From Candidatus Eiseniibacteriota bacterium (GTDB lineage: Bacteria; Eisenbacteria; RBG-16-71-46), in NCBI GenBank assembly GCA_963725865.1, contig CAVSAC010000014.1:1344001-1408000 (forward strand): 64,000 nucleotides of DNA, in the 5' to 3' direction. Positions within the stretch are counted from its first letter, which is position 1; each line of letters starts with the position of its first letter. The position numbers and the translations under genes were made by a program. Below the pieces are notes generated by a model. The model was not told the DNA's origin and did not search any database. It was given only the letters and a program-made list of their open reading frames with translations. Shown here one piece after another: positions 51,109 to 62,449 of this stretch.

Positions 51109-53376
51109 ATCCGCGACCCGGCGCCCGCGCGCTCGCGGCGGTGGCGGTCCTCGCGACCGCGCTCGCGGCGGCGCCGGCGGCGCGCGAGGTCGCCGCGATC
51201 GCGGTCCCGATCGCCGAGGGTGCTCCCGCGGCCGGCGCCGCGGGGCCGCGCGACACCGCGCTGATCGAGCAATACGCCCACACGTTTCGTTTCCGGCTCG
51301 GCCGGCCGACCGCGATCACGCCACTGCGCGACGGGCGTCGGGTGCTGTTCCTGCGTTCGGGGCCGCGCTCGTTCGTGCAGGACCTGTGGGAGTGGGACGC
51401 CGCCACCGGCACCGAGCGCGCGGTGATCACGGCGGGCGCGATCCTGCGCGGCGCCGAGGAGCAGCTCACGCCCGAGGAGCGCGCGCGGCGCGAACGCCAG
51501 CGCTCGGCGGCGCGCGGCATCGCCTCGTTCGCGGCCACGCCGGACGGCGCGCGGCTGCTGGTGCCGCTGTCGGGGCGCCTGTACGTGGTCGAGCGCGCGA
51601 CCGGCGCCGCGCGCGAGCTGCCGGGTGCCGCGGCGGCCGCCGAGGACCCGCGCCTGTCGCCGGACGGCGCGCGCGCGGCGTGCGTGCGCGATGGCGACCT
51701 CTACGTGAGCGAGCTGGCGGGCGGCGCCGAGCGTCGGCTCACCACGCGCGAGAACGCCAACGTCTCGTACGGCGCCGCCGAGTTCGTCGCGCAGGAGGAG
51801 ATGGATCGCGCGGCCGGATTCTGGTGGTCGCCCGACTCGCGGCGCCTCGCGTTCCAGCGCACCGACGTCGCGAAGGTCGAGCGCTACCGCATCCTCGACC
51901 CCGGGCACCCCGAGCGCCCGCCGCAGGAGTGGCCCTATCCGCGCCCGGGCCACGAGAACGCCGACGTGACGCTCGGCCTGACGAGCGCCGGCGGCGGTGC
52001 CCCGACGTGGGTGCGGTGGGAGCGCGCGCGCTGGCCGTACCTGGCGGCCGTGACGTGGCCGAAGCGCGGGCCGCTGACGCTGGTGGTGATGGCGCGCGAC
52101 CAGCGCGAGGAGGCGGTGCTCGCGGTCGACGACTCGACCGGCGCCACCCGCGTGCTGCTGACCGAGCGCGACGACGCGTGGCTCAATCTGGCGAAGGAAT
52201 CCCCGCACTGGCTCGCCGACGGCTCGGGCTTCCTGTGGATGACCGAGCGTGCGGGCGGCTGGACGCTCGAGCGACGCGCGCGCGACGGCACGCTGGTGCG
52301 CGCGCTCACGGAGCCCGCGCTCGGGCTGCGCGAGTTGGTGGCGGTCGATGAGCGCCGCGGCGTGGCGTGGGTGACCGCGGGCGAGGAGCCCACCGAGACC
52401 CACCTGGTCCGCGTGCGGCTGGACGGCCGCGGTGCCCCGCAGCGCGTGACCACCGAGCGCGCGGTGCACGGTGCCACGTTCGGCGAGGGCGACGGCCTGT
52501 GGGTGCACACCATCGATCCGCTGGAGGGCGCGCGGCGCATCGCGGTGTGCCGCCGCGACGGACGCGAGGTGGGCGACGCTGCGGAGCGTGAGCGAGGCCC
52601 CGCGCGTCGCCCCGCGCGTGCAGCTCGTCACGGTCGGCGACCGCGCGCTGCGCGCCGCGATCGTGCGCCCCGCCGATTTCGATCCGGCGAAGCGCTATCC
52701 CGTGGTGCTCGACGTCTACGGCGGCCCCCATTCCCAGACGGTGCAGGCGAACGCGAGCCGCTACGTGATCGCGCAGTGGCTCGCGAACGAGGGCTTCATG
52801 GTGGTGAGCATCGACGGCCGCGGCACGCCCGCGCGCGGGCGCGCCTGGGAGCGCGCGATCGAGGGCGATCTCGCGGGTCCCATGCTCGAGGACCAGGTCG
52901 CCGGGCTGCGCGCGCTCGGCGCGCGCTACCCGGAGCTGGACCTGACGCGCGTCGGCGTGTGGGGCTGGTCGTTCGGCGGCTACGCCACCTGCATGGCGGT
53001 GCTGCGGCGACCGGACGTGTTCGCCTGCGGGGTCGCGGTGGCGCCGGTGGCGGACTGGCGCGACTACGATACGTTCTACAGCGAGCGCTATCTGGGGCTG
53101 CTGCCCCGGGATTCGAGCGCGTACGAGCGCTCCTCGGTGCTGACGTGGGCCGCGGGCCTCGAACGACCGCTGCTCATGATTCACGGCAGTGCGGACGATA
53201 ACGTCTATCTGATGCACAGCCTGCGGCTCTCCGACGCGCTCACGCGCGCCGGGCGGCACGCCGAGATCTGGCCCATCATCGGCCAGGCGCACGGCATCAC
53301 GGATCCGTCGCTGAACCAGCGCGTGTACACGCGCCTGGCGACGTTCCTCGAGGAGCACCTCGGTTCGCCGCGCTGA
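51105..53376 (+). CDS. S9B dipeptidyl-peptidase IV family, one apparent +1 indel near 52572
   Basis: AEFVAQEEM, WWSPD, YPRPG; then VYGGPH, GWSFGG, HGSADDNV and H of the catalytic triad in the next frame. Confidence 0.9.
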
Positions 53377-53469
53377 ACCGGCCCCGGATCGGAGCTTGCC
53401 CCGGGCTTCCGGCTGGGGCAGGCTGACCCGCGGCCGAGCGCTCCCCGGTCCTGCACCAGGAGGTCACTC

Positions 53470-54091
53470 ATGAAGCGCTTCGCGCTCGCCCTGCTCGTCG
53501 TATCGCTCGTCATCGCGGCCGCGCCCGCCGCCCGCGCGTCCGGCAGTCTGGAGTGGGGGCTCAAGGCCGGCGTCACCTCGTCCACGCTCAACGGCGCCAT
53601 CCGCGACGCGTCCGATCCTCGAGTCCAACACCGACGTGACCGGCGGCCTGATGCTCGCGCTGCCGCTCGGCGGCGGCATCGCCATCCAGGGCGAGGCGCT
53701 GCTGGTGACCAAGGGCGCCGACATCCCCCGCACGAACGGCACGGACAAGGTGCGCTTCCGCGACGTGGAGTTCCCGGTGCTGGCGCGGCTGTCGTTCATG
53801 GACGCGCTGCCGGTGAAGCCGTTCATCGTCGCGGGGCCCTCGTTCGGTTACAACCTCGACGCCACCATCGACCCCGCGGACCCCGCCCTGCCGAAGCAGG
53901 ACCTCAAGGACGTGCGCAAGCTCGACACCGCGTTCGCCGCCGGTGCGGGCGCGCGCCTGCCGCTCGGCGCGATGGGGCTCACGCTGGAGGCGCGCTACTC
54001 GTCGTCGCTGTCCGACGTGCAGAAGGACGCGACCAACGCGATCCCCGGCCGCAACGCGGTGTTCACGTTCATGGCCGGCCTCGTCTTCTAG
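53470..54091 (+). CDS. PorT-like outer-membrane beta-barrel, one apparent +1 indel near 53617
   Basis: Signal peptide + WGLKAG; then IQGEALLVTKGA, EFPVLAR, AGPSFG, EARY; C-terminal Phe (AGLVF). Confidence 0.75.
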
Positions 54092-54123
54092 CCGGCCAGG
54101 CGGCGGGCGACGGGCGGGTCTCC

Positions 54124-54492
54124 ATGGGCGACACGCGCCGCATCCCGGTGCGCACCGACGCCGATCGCTGGACGTTCACCCAGCGCAACGTGTCGCTCTG
54201 GGACCTGCTCGACTTCTTCCCCGACGACGCGGTGGGCCCGCGCGGACCGAGCGACGCGCCGCGGCCGTACGCGGTGCGCCCGGTGACCGTCGAGACCGCG
54301 CTGGGGTTCGAGTTCGAGAGCGACATCCAGTTCGGCACCTGGATGTTCCGCCCGCGCTCGCCGAAGGAGCCCGGCATGATGCGCTGGTGCCGCGAGGCCG
54401 GGATCGAGGTGGGGGACGCGCTGGTGTTCGAGCGCCTCGCGGATCGCCGCTATCGCCTCACGCTCGAGAAGGGCGGCGCCGCGGGCGGCTGA
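54124..54492 (+). CDS. Hypothetical protein, possible B3/EcoRII-N-like DNA-binding fold
   Basis: 122 aa; LDFFPDDAVG..SDI..FR..W..AGIEVGDALVFERLADRRYRLTL. Confidence 0.55.
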   Translation: MGDTRRIPVRTDADRWTFTQRNVSLWDLLDFFPDDAVGPRGPSDAPRPYAVRPVTVETALGFEFESDIQFGTWMFRPRSPKEPGMMRWCREAGIEVGDALVFERLADRRYRLTLEKGGAAGG

Positions 54493-54626
54493 GGTGGCTC
54501 GGGGCGACGCGGGCGCACGATCGCGCGCTCGCGGCGCCGCCCGAGGCGCGATGGCCACGCGAACGGCCGCCACGCGAACGGGCCCGCTCGCCTCGGCGCG
54601 CGGGCCCGTCATACGTCTGCGGCGTG

Positions 54627-54848
54627 CTACGCGGGGATCTTCTCCAGCACCTCGCGCAGCTCGGGGAATCGCCCGGTCTCCTTCTTCGAGAACACCAGCG
54701 CTCCGTCGAGCACGATCTCGAACACGCCGCCGCTGCCCTTGATCAGCTCCACCTGCACCTCGCGGGACTTCCTGAGCTCGGCCGCCAGACTGACGGCCCG
54801 GGGTAGATACCCTCACTGCCCGCAGTAGGTGATCTGTACCTTCTTCAT
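54627..54848 (-). CDS. Rdx-family (SelW/SelT/SelH-like) selenoprotein, CxxU
   Basis: Hand translation MKKVQITYCGQ(U)GYLPRAVSLAAELRKSREVQVELIKGSGGVFEIVLDGALVFSKKETGRFPELREVLEKIPA*. In-frame TGA at 54813-54815; RBS AGGAGG. Confidence 0.9.
54780..54798 (-). promoter_or_regulatory. Candidate bacterial SECIS hairpin
   Basis: GGCCGUC-AGUCU-GGCGGCC stem-loop starting 14 nt after the UGA, with a G early in the loop. Confidence 0.6.
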
Positions 54849-54962
54849 GATCGTCCTCCTGGATGGGTCGCAGAGGCCGAGCGCGACTGTAGCGGACCGC
54901 CCGCGTCGCGGCCAGCCCCGGCCTTGACCGCGCCACGCGGTGCGGGCAAGGTGCCGGGCGAC

Positions 54963-55961
54963 ATGCCCACTCGCACTCCGTCGATCGAGGAGCGGCTGCG
55001 GCGCGCGCTCGGCGACGGGCTGCGCACGCGCGAGCCGCTACGCCATCACACCACGTTCCGCATCGGCGGGCCGGCCGACTACTACATCGACGCGCGCACG
55101 CCGAGCGAGCTGACCGCGGCCCTGAGCGCGGCGCACGAGACCCGGTTGCCGTGCTTCCTGCTCGGGGGCGGGAGCAACCTGCTGGTCTCGGACGAGGGCT
55201 TCCGCGGCCTGGTGGTGCGGAACGCGTGCATGTCGATCACGTTCGACGGCACCGCCGTGCACGTGGAGGGCGGGACCGACTTCCTCGATCTGATCCAGGC
55301 GTGCCGCGACCACGCGCTCGAGGGCCTCGCGTTCGCGGCCGGCATCCCGGGCTCGGTGGGGGGCGCGATCTACGGCAACGCCGGGTGCTACGGGCAGGAC
55401 ATCGGCTCGTTCATCATCGAGTGCACGCACGCCACGCTCGACGGCGCGCAGGTCGAGACGCGGCCCGCCGCGTGGTACGAGTTCGCCTACCGCGATTCGC
55501 GGCTCAAGCGCGAGCCGCGCGCGCTGATCTCGTGCCTGCTGCAGCTGCGACCCGGCGATCCGGCGGCCATTCAGCGCGAGATCGACGAAAAGCTCCAGAT
55601 CCGCCGCGTGAAGCATCCACAGTGGCGCATCGAGCCGACCGCGGGCTCCTACTTCAAGAACCTGCCGCCCGACTGGCGGGTGCCGGGGGCGAAGCTCTCG
55701 CCCGGCACGCGCCGGGTCGCCGCGGGCCAGTTGCTCGAGGAGTGCGGCTGCCGCGGCCTGCGCGTGGGCGACGCCCAGGTGTTCCCGAAGCACGCGAACA
55801 TCCTGGTGAACGTGGGCCACGCCACCGCGCGCGACGTGCTGACGCTGGCGGCGATCATGAAGGCGCGGGTGCGCGAGCGCTTCGGCGTCACGCTCGAGGA
55901 GGAGGTCATGTTCCTCGGGCCGCGCCCCGAGCTGGGTCCGGTGGTGGATCCCGGCGCGTGA
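54963..55961 (+). CDS. murB: UDP-N-acetylenolpyruvoylglucosamine reductase
   Basis: TTFRIGGPA, GGGSNLL, GIPGSVGGA..NAG, AYRDS, AGSYFKN and KHANILVN motifs. Confidence 0.93.
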   Translation: MPTRTPSIEERLRRALGDGLRTREPLRHHTTFRIGGPADYYIDARTPSELTAALSAAHETRLPCFLLGGGSNLLVSDEGFRGLVVRNACMSITFDGTAVHVEGGTDFLDLIQACRDHALEGLAFAAGIPGSVGGAIYGNAGCYGQDIGSFIIECTHATLDGAQVETRPAAWYEFAYRDSRLKREPRALISCLLQLRPGDPAAIQREIDEKLQIRRVKHPQWRIEPTAGSYFKNLPPDWRVPGAKLSPGTRRVAAGQLLEECGCRGLRVGDAQVFPKHANILVNVGHATARDVLTLAAIMKARVRERFGVTLEEEVMFLGPRPELGPVVDPGA

Positions 55962-56001
55962 GCGATGCGGCGGCGCCACCCGGCGCCGCGCGCAGTCGCG
56001 C

Positions 56002-57298
56002 CTACGCCCGCTCCCACCGCCGCGCCAGCAGGCGCGCGACGCCGAGGAACACGACCGTGAACGCGAGCAGCACGCCGAGCTGAGGCGCCAGGTCGACCAG
56101 CCGCGCGTCGCGCCAGAACACCTTGACGTAGCCGTCGAGCGCCCACGCGTTGAACGTGAGCAGGCCCAGCCGCTGCATGCCCTCGCTCATCAGGAAGCGC
56201 GGGAACATGCTGCCGCCGAGCGCGGACAGCGTGAGGATGAGCAGCGTCGAGATCCCGCCGAGCTGCTGCCGCGTGCGGCTCATGGTGGCGAGCAGCAGGC
56301 CGAAGGCGCCCGCGCAGGCGGCGGTGAACAGCGTCATCACGGCGAATCCATCGAGGTGCGCGAGCAGGTCGAGGTGGAAGAAGAACATCGCGTAGCCGAA
56401 CATCACCGTGATGCCCAGGCAGCCGAGCAGCACCAGGTAGGTGAACTTGCCGGCGAGCAGGCCGTTCATGCCGACGCGGCTCGTGAGGACCCGCTCGAGC
56501 GTGCCCGACTCGACCTCCTCGAGCAGCGACCCGGCGGCGCCGGTGGCGCTGAACAGCAGGAACATCACCGCGATGCCCGCGGCGTAGAACGAGATCATGC
56601 TGGTGTCGCGCTTGCGGCCCAGCAGCTCGCGGGTCTCGACGCGTATCAGCCCGCTGGCGCTGGAACCGCCGCCGCCGCCCGCGCCACCGAGCGACTTCAG
56701 CGTCGTGTCGCGCTCCTGTAGATCGAGCATCTTGAGCCACGCATTCGACGTCTCGCGCTGCTTCGGCGTCAGACCGCCCGCGTAGCGATCGAACTCGCCG
56801 ATGCCCTGGCGCGCCATCGACGACGGCATCGCGGTCATCACCACCTTCTGCAGCAGGCCCGCCGACCATCTGCGGCGCCACCGGGTCCGACGGGTCGGTG
56901 AGCAGCAGGACCGGCTGGCCACCGCCGTCGAAGCGCCCGACCGAGGAGTCGATCCCCGCCGGCACCACCAGCGCCACCGAGACGTCGCCGCCGCGCACCA
57001 TCGCCTCGGCGCGCGCGCGGTCGATCGGCACCGGCGTGGTGTCGGCGACGCTCGCGCTGCACGGTCGTGCGCACGTGCAGGCTCTTCTCCGCCGCGAGCG
57101 CCTTGATCAGGCGCTCGCTGGTCGCGGTGCGCGCTTCGTCCACCACCACCACCGCCACGCGCGGCGTGGCGTCACGGCCGCGCCCGCCGAAAACGAACGC
57201 GAAGATGGTGAAGAACACGATGGGCACCGCGAACGTGAGGACCTGCGCGGGACGGTCGCGGCGCAGGTTCGTGAAGTAGACGCGCAGCAGGGTGAGGA

Positions 57299-57302
<4 letters not shown>
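56002..57302 (-). CDS. ABC-2 type exporter permease, two apparent +1 indels (~57059, ~56863)
   Basis: MILTLLR..RRD..VPIVFF N-terminus; later AVMFLLF, EEVESGTLERV and LGGSMFP across three frames. Confidence 0.85.
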
Positions 57303-58213
<911 letters not shown>

Positions 58214-58409
58214 GTCGGGCACTCTACGCGGCATCGCCCGCCCGAGTCGTGGGCCTGGCGCCGAACGGTCGGAGCGGGCGGATGAACGGTCGCACGGCGG
58301 CCTGCAGCGTCGGCCGAGCCGGCCGGGAGCACTCCCCGGGGCCGGCGGCGAGCCCGCGCGGCCGCCCGTCCCCGCGCCCGACCGGCGCCGCGTCGATCTC
58401 GCTCCCGCG

Positions 58410-59306
58410 CTACCGGAATCGCACCTTGAGCGCGCCCCAGCTGGTGCGCACCGTGGGCGTCGTGACGTCGTGGAACGACACGCGCGAGCGCGGCTCCACG
58501 CCGATGTCGGCGAGCCCGTCGCAGTCCTGGTCGATGGGGACGATCGCGAAGTTGTCGATCAGCACCGGGATCAGGTAGTCGGTCGGATGCCCGCCGGTGT
58601 TGTTGGGGGCCGAGTCCGGACCGCTCACGCCGTCGGGGCCGCCGGTGACGAAGCCGACCAGGTGCAGCTGCGCGCACGCCGGCAGCACGGTCAGCGTGTC
58701 GGGCGGCCCGCCGGAGGTCACCACGCTGTCGCGCGTGAGCCCCGGGAACACCGTGCTCCACGGGATCATGAACTCCATCGCGGTGCCGGGGTTGTCGCGG
58801 AAGAACGTGGCGTGTGCGTCGAACAGCGTTCCGGGCACGTTGTCGGACACCAGGTCGCCGCCCTGGTGCAGCAGCAGGCGGGGCGCGGTGTTCTCGTCCC
58901 AGGTGCAGGCCAGCAGGTCGGGCGCGAAGTCCGACGAGAAGTCGAACAAGCGCCGCCAGCTGTTGATCGCCGACATGCTGGTGAGCCCGCGCCCGTCCAT
59001 CGCGTCGACCGCGAGGACGATGTTGTTGCCCCAGATGGTCGCTTCGACCGCCAGGTAGAGCCGGCGACTGTCCCAGGTGATGCGGATCTGGCGCAGGTCC
59101 TCCAGTGCGCCCCACTGCGAGTCGTCGGGCGGCTCCTCGGGAGTGCCCGACGCCGTGAGGCCGAAGATCACCTCGTCGGGAGCGAAGTCGTTGGTGTAGC
59201 CGTCCACCACCATCCGGCCGCGCAGGTCGGGCTCGGTGGTCGCGGCCGCGAGCCTCGGAACGCACAGTCCGAACACCAGAACGCACGCCATCGCGTACGT
59301 ACGCAT
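58410..59306 (-). CDS. Secreted protein (DOMON/CBM9-like) ending in an SWGxxK motif
   Basis: RBS GAGGAGG, signal peptide, VDG..DF, ITWD..LYLAV, EFMIPWS; C-terminus PTVRTSWGALKVRFR. Confidence 0.7.
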   Translation of the reverse strand: MRTYAMACVLVFGLCVPRLAAATTEPDLRGRMVVDGYTNDFAPDEVIFGLTASGTPEEPPDDSQWGALEDLRQIRITWDSRRLYLAVEATIWGNNIVLAVDAMDGRGLTSMSAINSWRRLFDFSSDFAPDLLACTWDENTAPRLLLHQGGDLVSDNVPGTLFDAHATFFRDNPGTAMEFMIPWSTVFPGLTRDSVVTSGGPPDTLTVLPACAQLHLVGFVTGGPDGVSGPDSAPNNTGGHPTDYLIPVLIDNFAIVPIDQDCDGLADIGVEPRSRVSFHDVTTPTVRTSWGALKVRFR

Positions 59307-59416
59307 GGAACACCTCCTCGGAGTTTGGCGCTTCAGCGCAAGGCGCCGATCCCCGGAGGCGATTGAACCATCGGCCCACGCGGACAGCCATGCCTCCCGG
59401 AGGAGGCGGGCCCGGC

Positions 59417-60412
59417 TCAGCCGCCGATCGCGCTCATGCCGCGCTGGGGCTGCTGGAAGAACGGGCTGTTGATGAGGTGCCCGGGCTCCTTGCGCCACAC
59501 CGCGGAGCGCAGGATCTCGGCGATCGCCTCGTCGCTGTCGCCGCGCCGCATCGCGTCGCGCACGTCGTACTCGCGATGGGCGAACAGGCAGGTGCGGATC
59601 TGCCCGTCGGCGGTGAGCCGGATGCGGTCGCAGTGCCCGCAGAACGGGCGCGTGACCGAGGCGATCACGCCGAGCCGGCCGCGGCCGTCGAGGTAGCGGT
59701 ACATCGACGCCGGCGCGCTCGGGTCCTCGACGCGCGCCGGCTCGAGCGGATACGCGGCGGCCACCTGGCTCAGGATCTCCGCGGCCGGCACCAGCCGCTC
59801 GCGCGACCAGCCGTGGCCGAAGTCCAGCGGCATCCACTCGATGAAGCGCAGCTCGTAGCCCTCGTCGCGCGCCCAGCCCGCCAGCCGCACCGCCTCGTCC
59901 TCGTTGTAGCCGCGCATCAGCACCGCGTTGAGTTTGATCGGCGCGTAGCCGAGCGCGCGCGCGGCCTCGAGGCCGGCGAGCACGTCAGCGAGCCGGTCGC
60001 GGCGTGCGAGCGCCTGGAAGCGCGCGCGGTCGAGCGTGTCGAGGCTGACGTTCAACCGCGTGAGCCCCGCCTCGCGCAGCGCCGCGCCCATCTCGACCAG
60101 CTTGAGGCCGTTGGTGGTGAGCGCCAGGTCGAGGCCGGGGCGCAGGTCGTGGACCATGCGCACCAGCACCGGCAGGTCGAGTCGCACCGTGGGCTCGCCG
60201 CCGGTGAGCCGGATACCCGTCACGCCGAGCGACAGGCACACGCGCGCGAGCCGCGTGATCTCCTCGTACGTGAGGATGCGGTCCTTGGGCAGCCACGGCA
60301 TGCCCTCGGCCGGCATGCAGTACACGCAGCGGAGGTTGCAGCGGTCGGTGACCGAGATCCGCAGGTCACGGACCACGCGGCCCTGGGTGTCGATCAGTGT
60401 CGTCGGTTCCAT
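59417..60412 (-). CDS. moaA: GTP 3',8-cyclase (molybdenum cofactor biosynthesis)
   Basis: LRISVTDRCNLRCVYCM, TGGEP, FCGHCDRIRLTADG..C; C-terminal MSAIGG. Confidence 0.95.
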   Translation of the reverse strand: MEPTTLIDTQGRVVRDLRISVTDRCNLRCVYCMPAEGMPWLPKDRILTYEEITRLARVCLSLGVTGIRLTGGEPTVRLDLPVLVRMVHDLRPGLDLALTTNGLKLVEMGAALREAGLTRLNVSLDTLDRARFQALARRDRLADVLAGLEAARALGYAPIKLNAVLMRGYNEDEAVRLAGWARDEGYELRFIEWMPLDFGHGWSRERLVPAAEILSQVAAAYPLEPARVEDPSAPASMYRYLDGRGRLGVIASVTRPFCGHCDRIRLTADGQIRTCLFAHREYDVRDAMRRGDSDEAIAEILRSAVWRKEPGHLINSPFFQQPQRGMSAIGG

Positions 60413-60469
60413 GGGGTGGCCGGCATTCTACACCAGGCGGGCCGCGCGGCGCGCCGGTCGGACCGGCCA

Positions 60470-60499
60470 TTGACGAGGCCCGCGGGTCCCTTCTAGGGT
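60470..60499 (+). promoter_or_regulatory. Sigma70-like promoter
   Basis: TTGACG (60470-60475), 18-nt spacer, TAGGGT (60494-60499). Confidence 0.5.
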
Positions 60500-60533
60500 C
60501 GCGGCTCGTCCGTCGTCCCCGACCGGAGAGCCC

Positions 60534-62414
60534 GTGCCCCGACCTGCCGCCCGAGCCGTGCCGCCCGCCCCGTCCGCCGTCGCCCCGCCGCCGCGGACGT
60601 GGCGCGACCCGTGGGCCTGGGCGAGCGTGCTCGCGGCGCTGCCGCTCGCGTGGGCGATGCGCGGCGCGCCGTGGGGCGAGCCGGTGGCCGAGGACTTCGA
60701 CTTCCTGCACCACGCGCTGTTCACGGGCGTGGGATCGCTGCTCGACGGCGGTGGCTCGCTGGCGTTCTGGCGCCCGATCCCGCACCAGCTCTACTACGCG
60801 GCACTCGCCCCGCTGCTGCTCGCGCGGCCCGCGGCGGTGGCGGGGATGCACCTGGCGCTGCTGGCGCTCGGTTCACTACTGCTCTACCGCACGCTGCGGC
60901 CTTCGTGGAGCGGGCCGCTGGCGGCCGCCGCGGCGTCGTTCCCGCTGCTGGCCGAGTCGGTGCGCACGATCGTCGGCTGGCCGACCCAGTTCGTGGACCT
61001 CGGCGTGTTCGTGGCGGTGGCGCTCGCGCTGCACGAGACCTCGCGCCGCCGCCTGCCGACCGCGCTCGCCGCGTTGTTCGCGGCGCTGCTGTGCAAGGAG
61101 GTGGCAGTGGTGGCCGCGCTGCTGCTGCCGTTCCTGCCGTCGCCACTGCCGTGGGGGCGGCGCGCGCGGGTGCGCTGGGCGCTCGCGACGTGGTCGGTGA
61201 CCGCCGCGTGGGCGCTGCTCTACCTCTACGTGCGCCGCACCGCGCACCTCGAGCTGCCGCACGGGGTCGAGCACGACGCCGCGGTGCTCGCCACCCCGCT
61301 CGCCACCCGGGTGGTGTGGGCGTTCGGCGGCAGCCTCAAGGCGCTCGCGAGCCTGACGCGGATCGCGGGCCCGCGCGATCTCGCGGTGCTGCGCGCGGGC
61401 GTCGTGCTGTTCGCGACGGGACTGCTGTGGCTGGTGGTGGACCGCGTGGCGCGGGCGCGCGCGGCGCGCGCGCGCGGCTGGATCGCGTGGGGGCTCGCGT
61501 GGTTCGCGCTGGCGAGCCTGGCGCTCACGCCGATCTTCCCGATGTGGCAGCCGAACCGCAGCCAGTTCGGCAGCCTGGGCCTCGGGATCGCGGCGATCGC
61601 GCTGCTGGGCGCCGCGCATCCGCTGCTCGCGTGGACGCTGGCGCTCGGGCGGGTGGCGCTGCTGGGCCTGGCACCCGGCACGGCGACGAGCGTGAGCGCG
61701 CTGCCGCCCGACACCGGCGCGTTCATCGACTTCCAGCGCCTCACGCGGCTGCAGCTCTTCATGCGGGCGGCGCGCGGCACGCTGAAGGCGCGCTACCCGA
61801 CGCTGCCGCGCGGCGCTGGGGTGGCGCAGCAGAACCTGCCGCAGGCGCTCCAGTACGCGCTCGGCGGCGATCACGCGCTGCAGGTGTGGTACCGCGATTC
61901 GACGCTGCGGTGGGTGCACAACGCGGAGTTCCGCGCGCGCCCCGACCTCGCGGTCGCCACCGTGCTGCGCTACCAGATCAGCCGGCCGGACCGCCTGGTG
62001 CTGGTGGAGCCGCAGGCGCTGCGCACGCAGATCGCGGGCTACGAGCTGCTGCAGCAGAGCCGCTGGGCCGAGGCGCTGGCCGCGTTCGCGCGCGCGGAGT
62101 CGCTGCAGGTCGACACCGCCGCGACCGAGTTCCGGGCCTACGACGAGGGGCGCAGCGCGTACGTGCTGGTGCAGCTCGGGCGCTTCGCCGAGGGCGAGCG
62201 CCGGGCGCGCCGGGCGCTCGCCCTCGATCCGACCGATGCGAACGCGGCCTACGTGCTCGCGCTGGCGCTCGCGCAGCAGCGCCGCTACGACGAATCCGAA
62301 CTGGTGCTCGACGCGCTCGCGCGCGTGGCGCCCGCCGATCCCGACGCGCAGTCGCTGCGCGCCGCGATCGCGGAGGCGCGCGCCCGCGGCGCGGCCGCGA
62401 CTCCGTCCCACTGA
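60534..62414 (+). CDS. Polytopic membrane protein with C-terminal TPRs (GT-C/TMTC-like architecture)
   Basis: Acidic EDFDF after TM1, FWRP, LLCKE motifs, about 10 TM; C-terminal TPRs (ALALDPTDANA). Confidence 0.65.
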   Translation: MPRPAARAVPPAPSAVAPPPRTWRDPWAWASVLAALPLAWAMRGAPWGEPVAEDFDFLHHALFTGVGSLLDGGGSLAFWRPIPHQLYYAALAPLLLARPAAVAGMHLALLALGSLLLYRTLRPSWSGPLAAAAASFPLLAESVRTIVGWPTQFVDLGVFVAVALALHETSRRRLPTALAALFAALLCKEVAVVAALLLPFLPSPLPWGRRARVRWALATWSVTAAWALLYLYVRRTAHLELPHGVEHDAAVLATPLATRVVWAFGGSLKALASLTRIAGPRDLAVLRAGVVLFATGLLWLVVDRVARARAARARGWIAWGLAWFALASLALTPIFPMWQPNRSQFGSLGLGIAAIALLGAAHPLLAWTLALGRVALLGLAPGTATSVSALPPDTGAFIDFQRLTRLQLFMRAARGTLKARYPTLPRGAGVAQQNLPQALQYALGGDHALQVWYRDSTLRWVHNAEFRARPDLAVATVLRYQISRPDRLVLVEPQALRTQIAGYELLQQSRWAEALAAFARAESLQVDTAATEFRAYDEGRSAYVLVQLGRFAEGERRARRALALDPTDANAAYVLALALAQQRRYDESELVLDALARVAPADPDAQSLRAAIAEARARGAAATPSH

Positions 62415-62449
62415 GTGCCCGCCGCCCGCTCGCCCGAGGAGAATCGTCC

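Noticed and set aside
53470..54492. 340-aa fusion ORF shown in the ORF track
   Set aside because: An artefact of the indel near 53617 joining the barrel's signal peptide to the separate gene starting at 54124.
54552..54610. GCCACGCGAACGG direct repeat and ACGGGCCCGC/GCGGGCCCGT hairpin as a mobile-element end
   Set aside because: Most simply a terminator region between convergent genes; there is no transposase and no second end.
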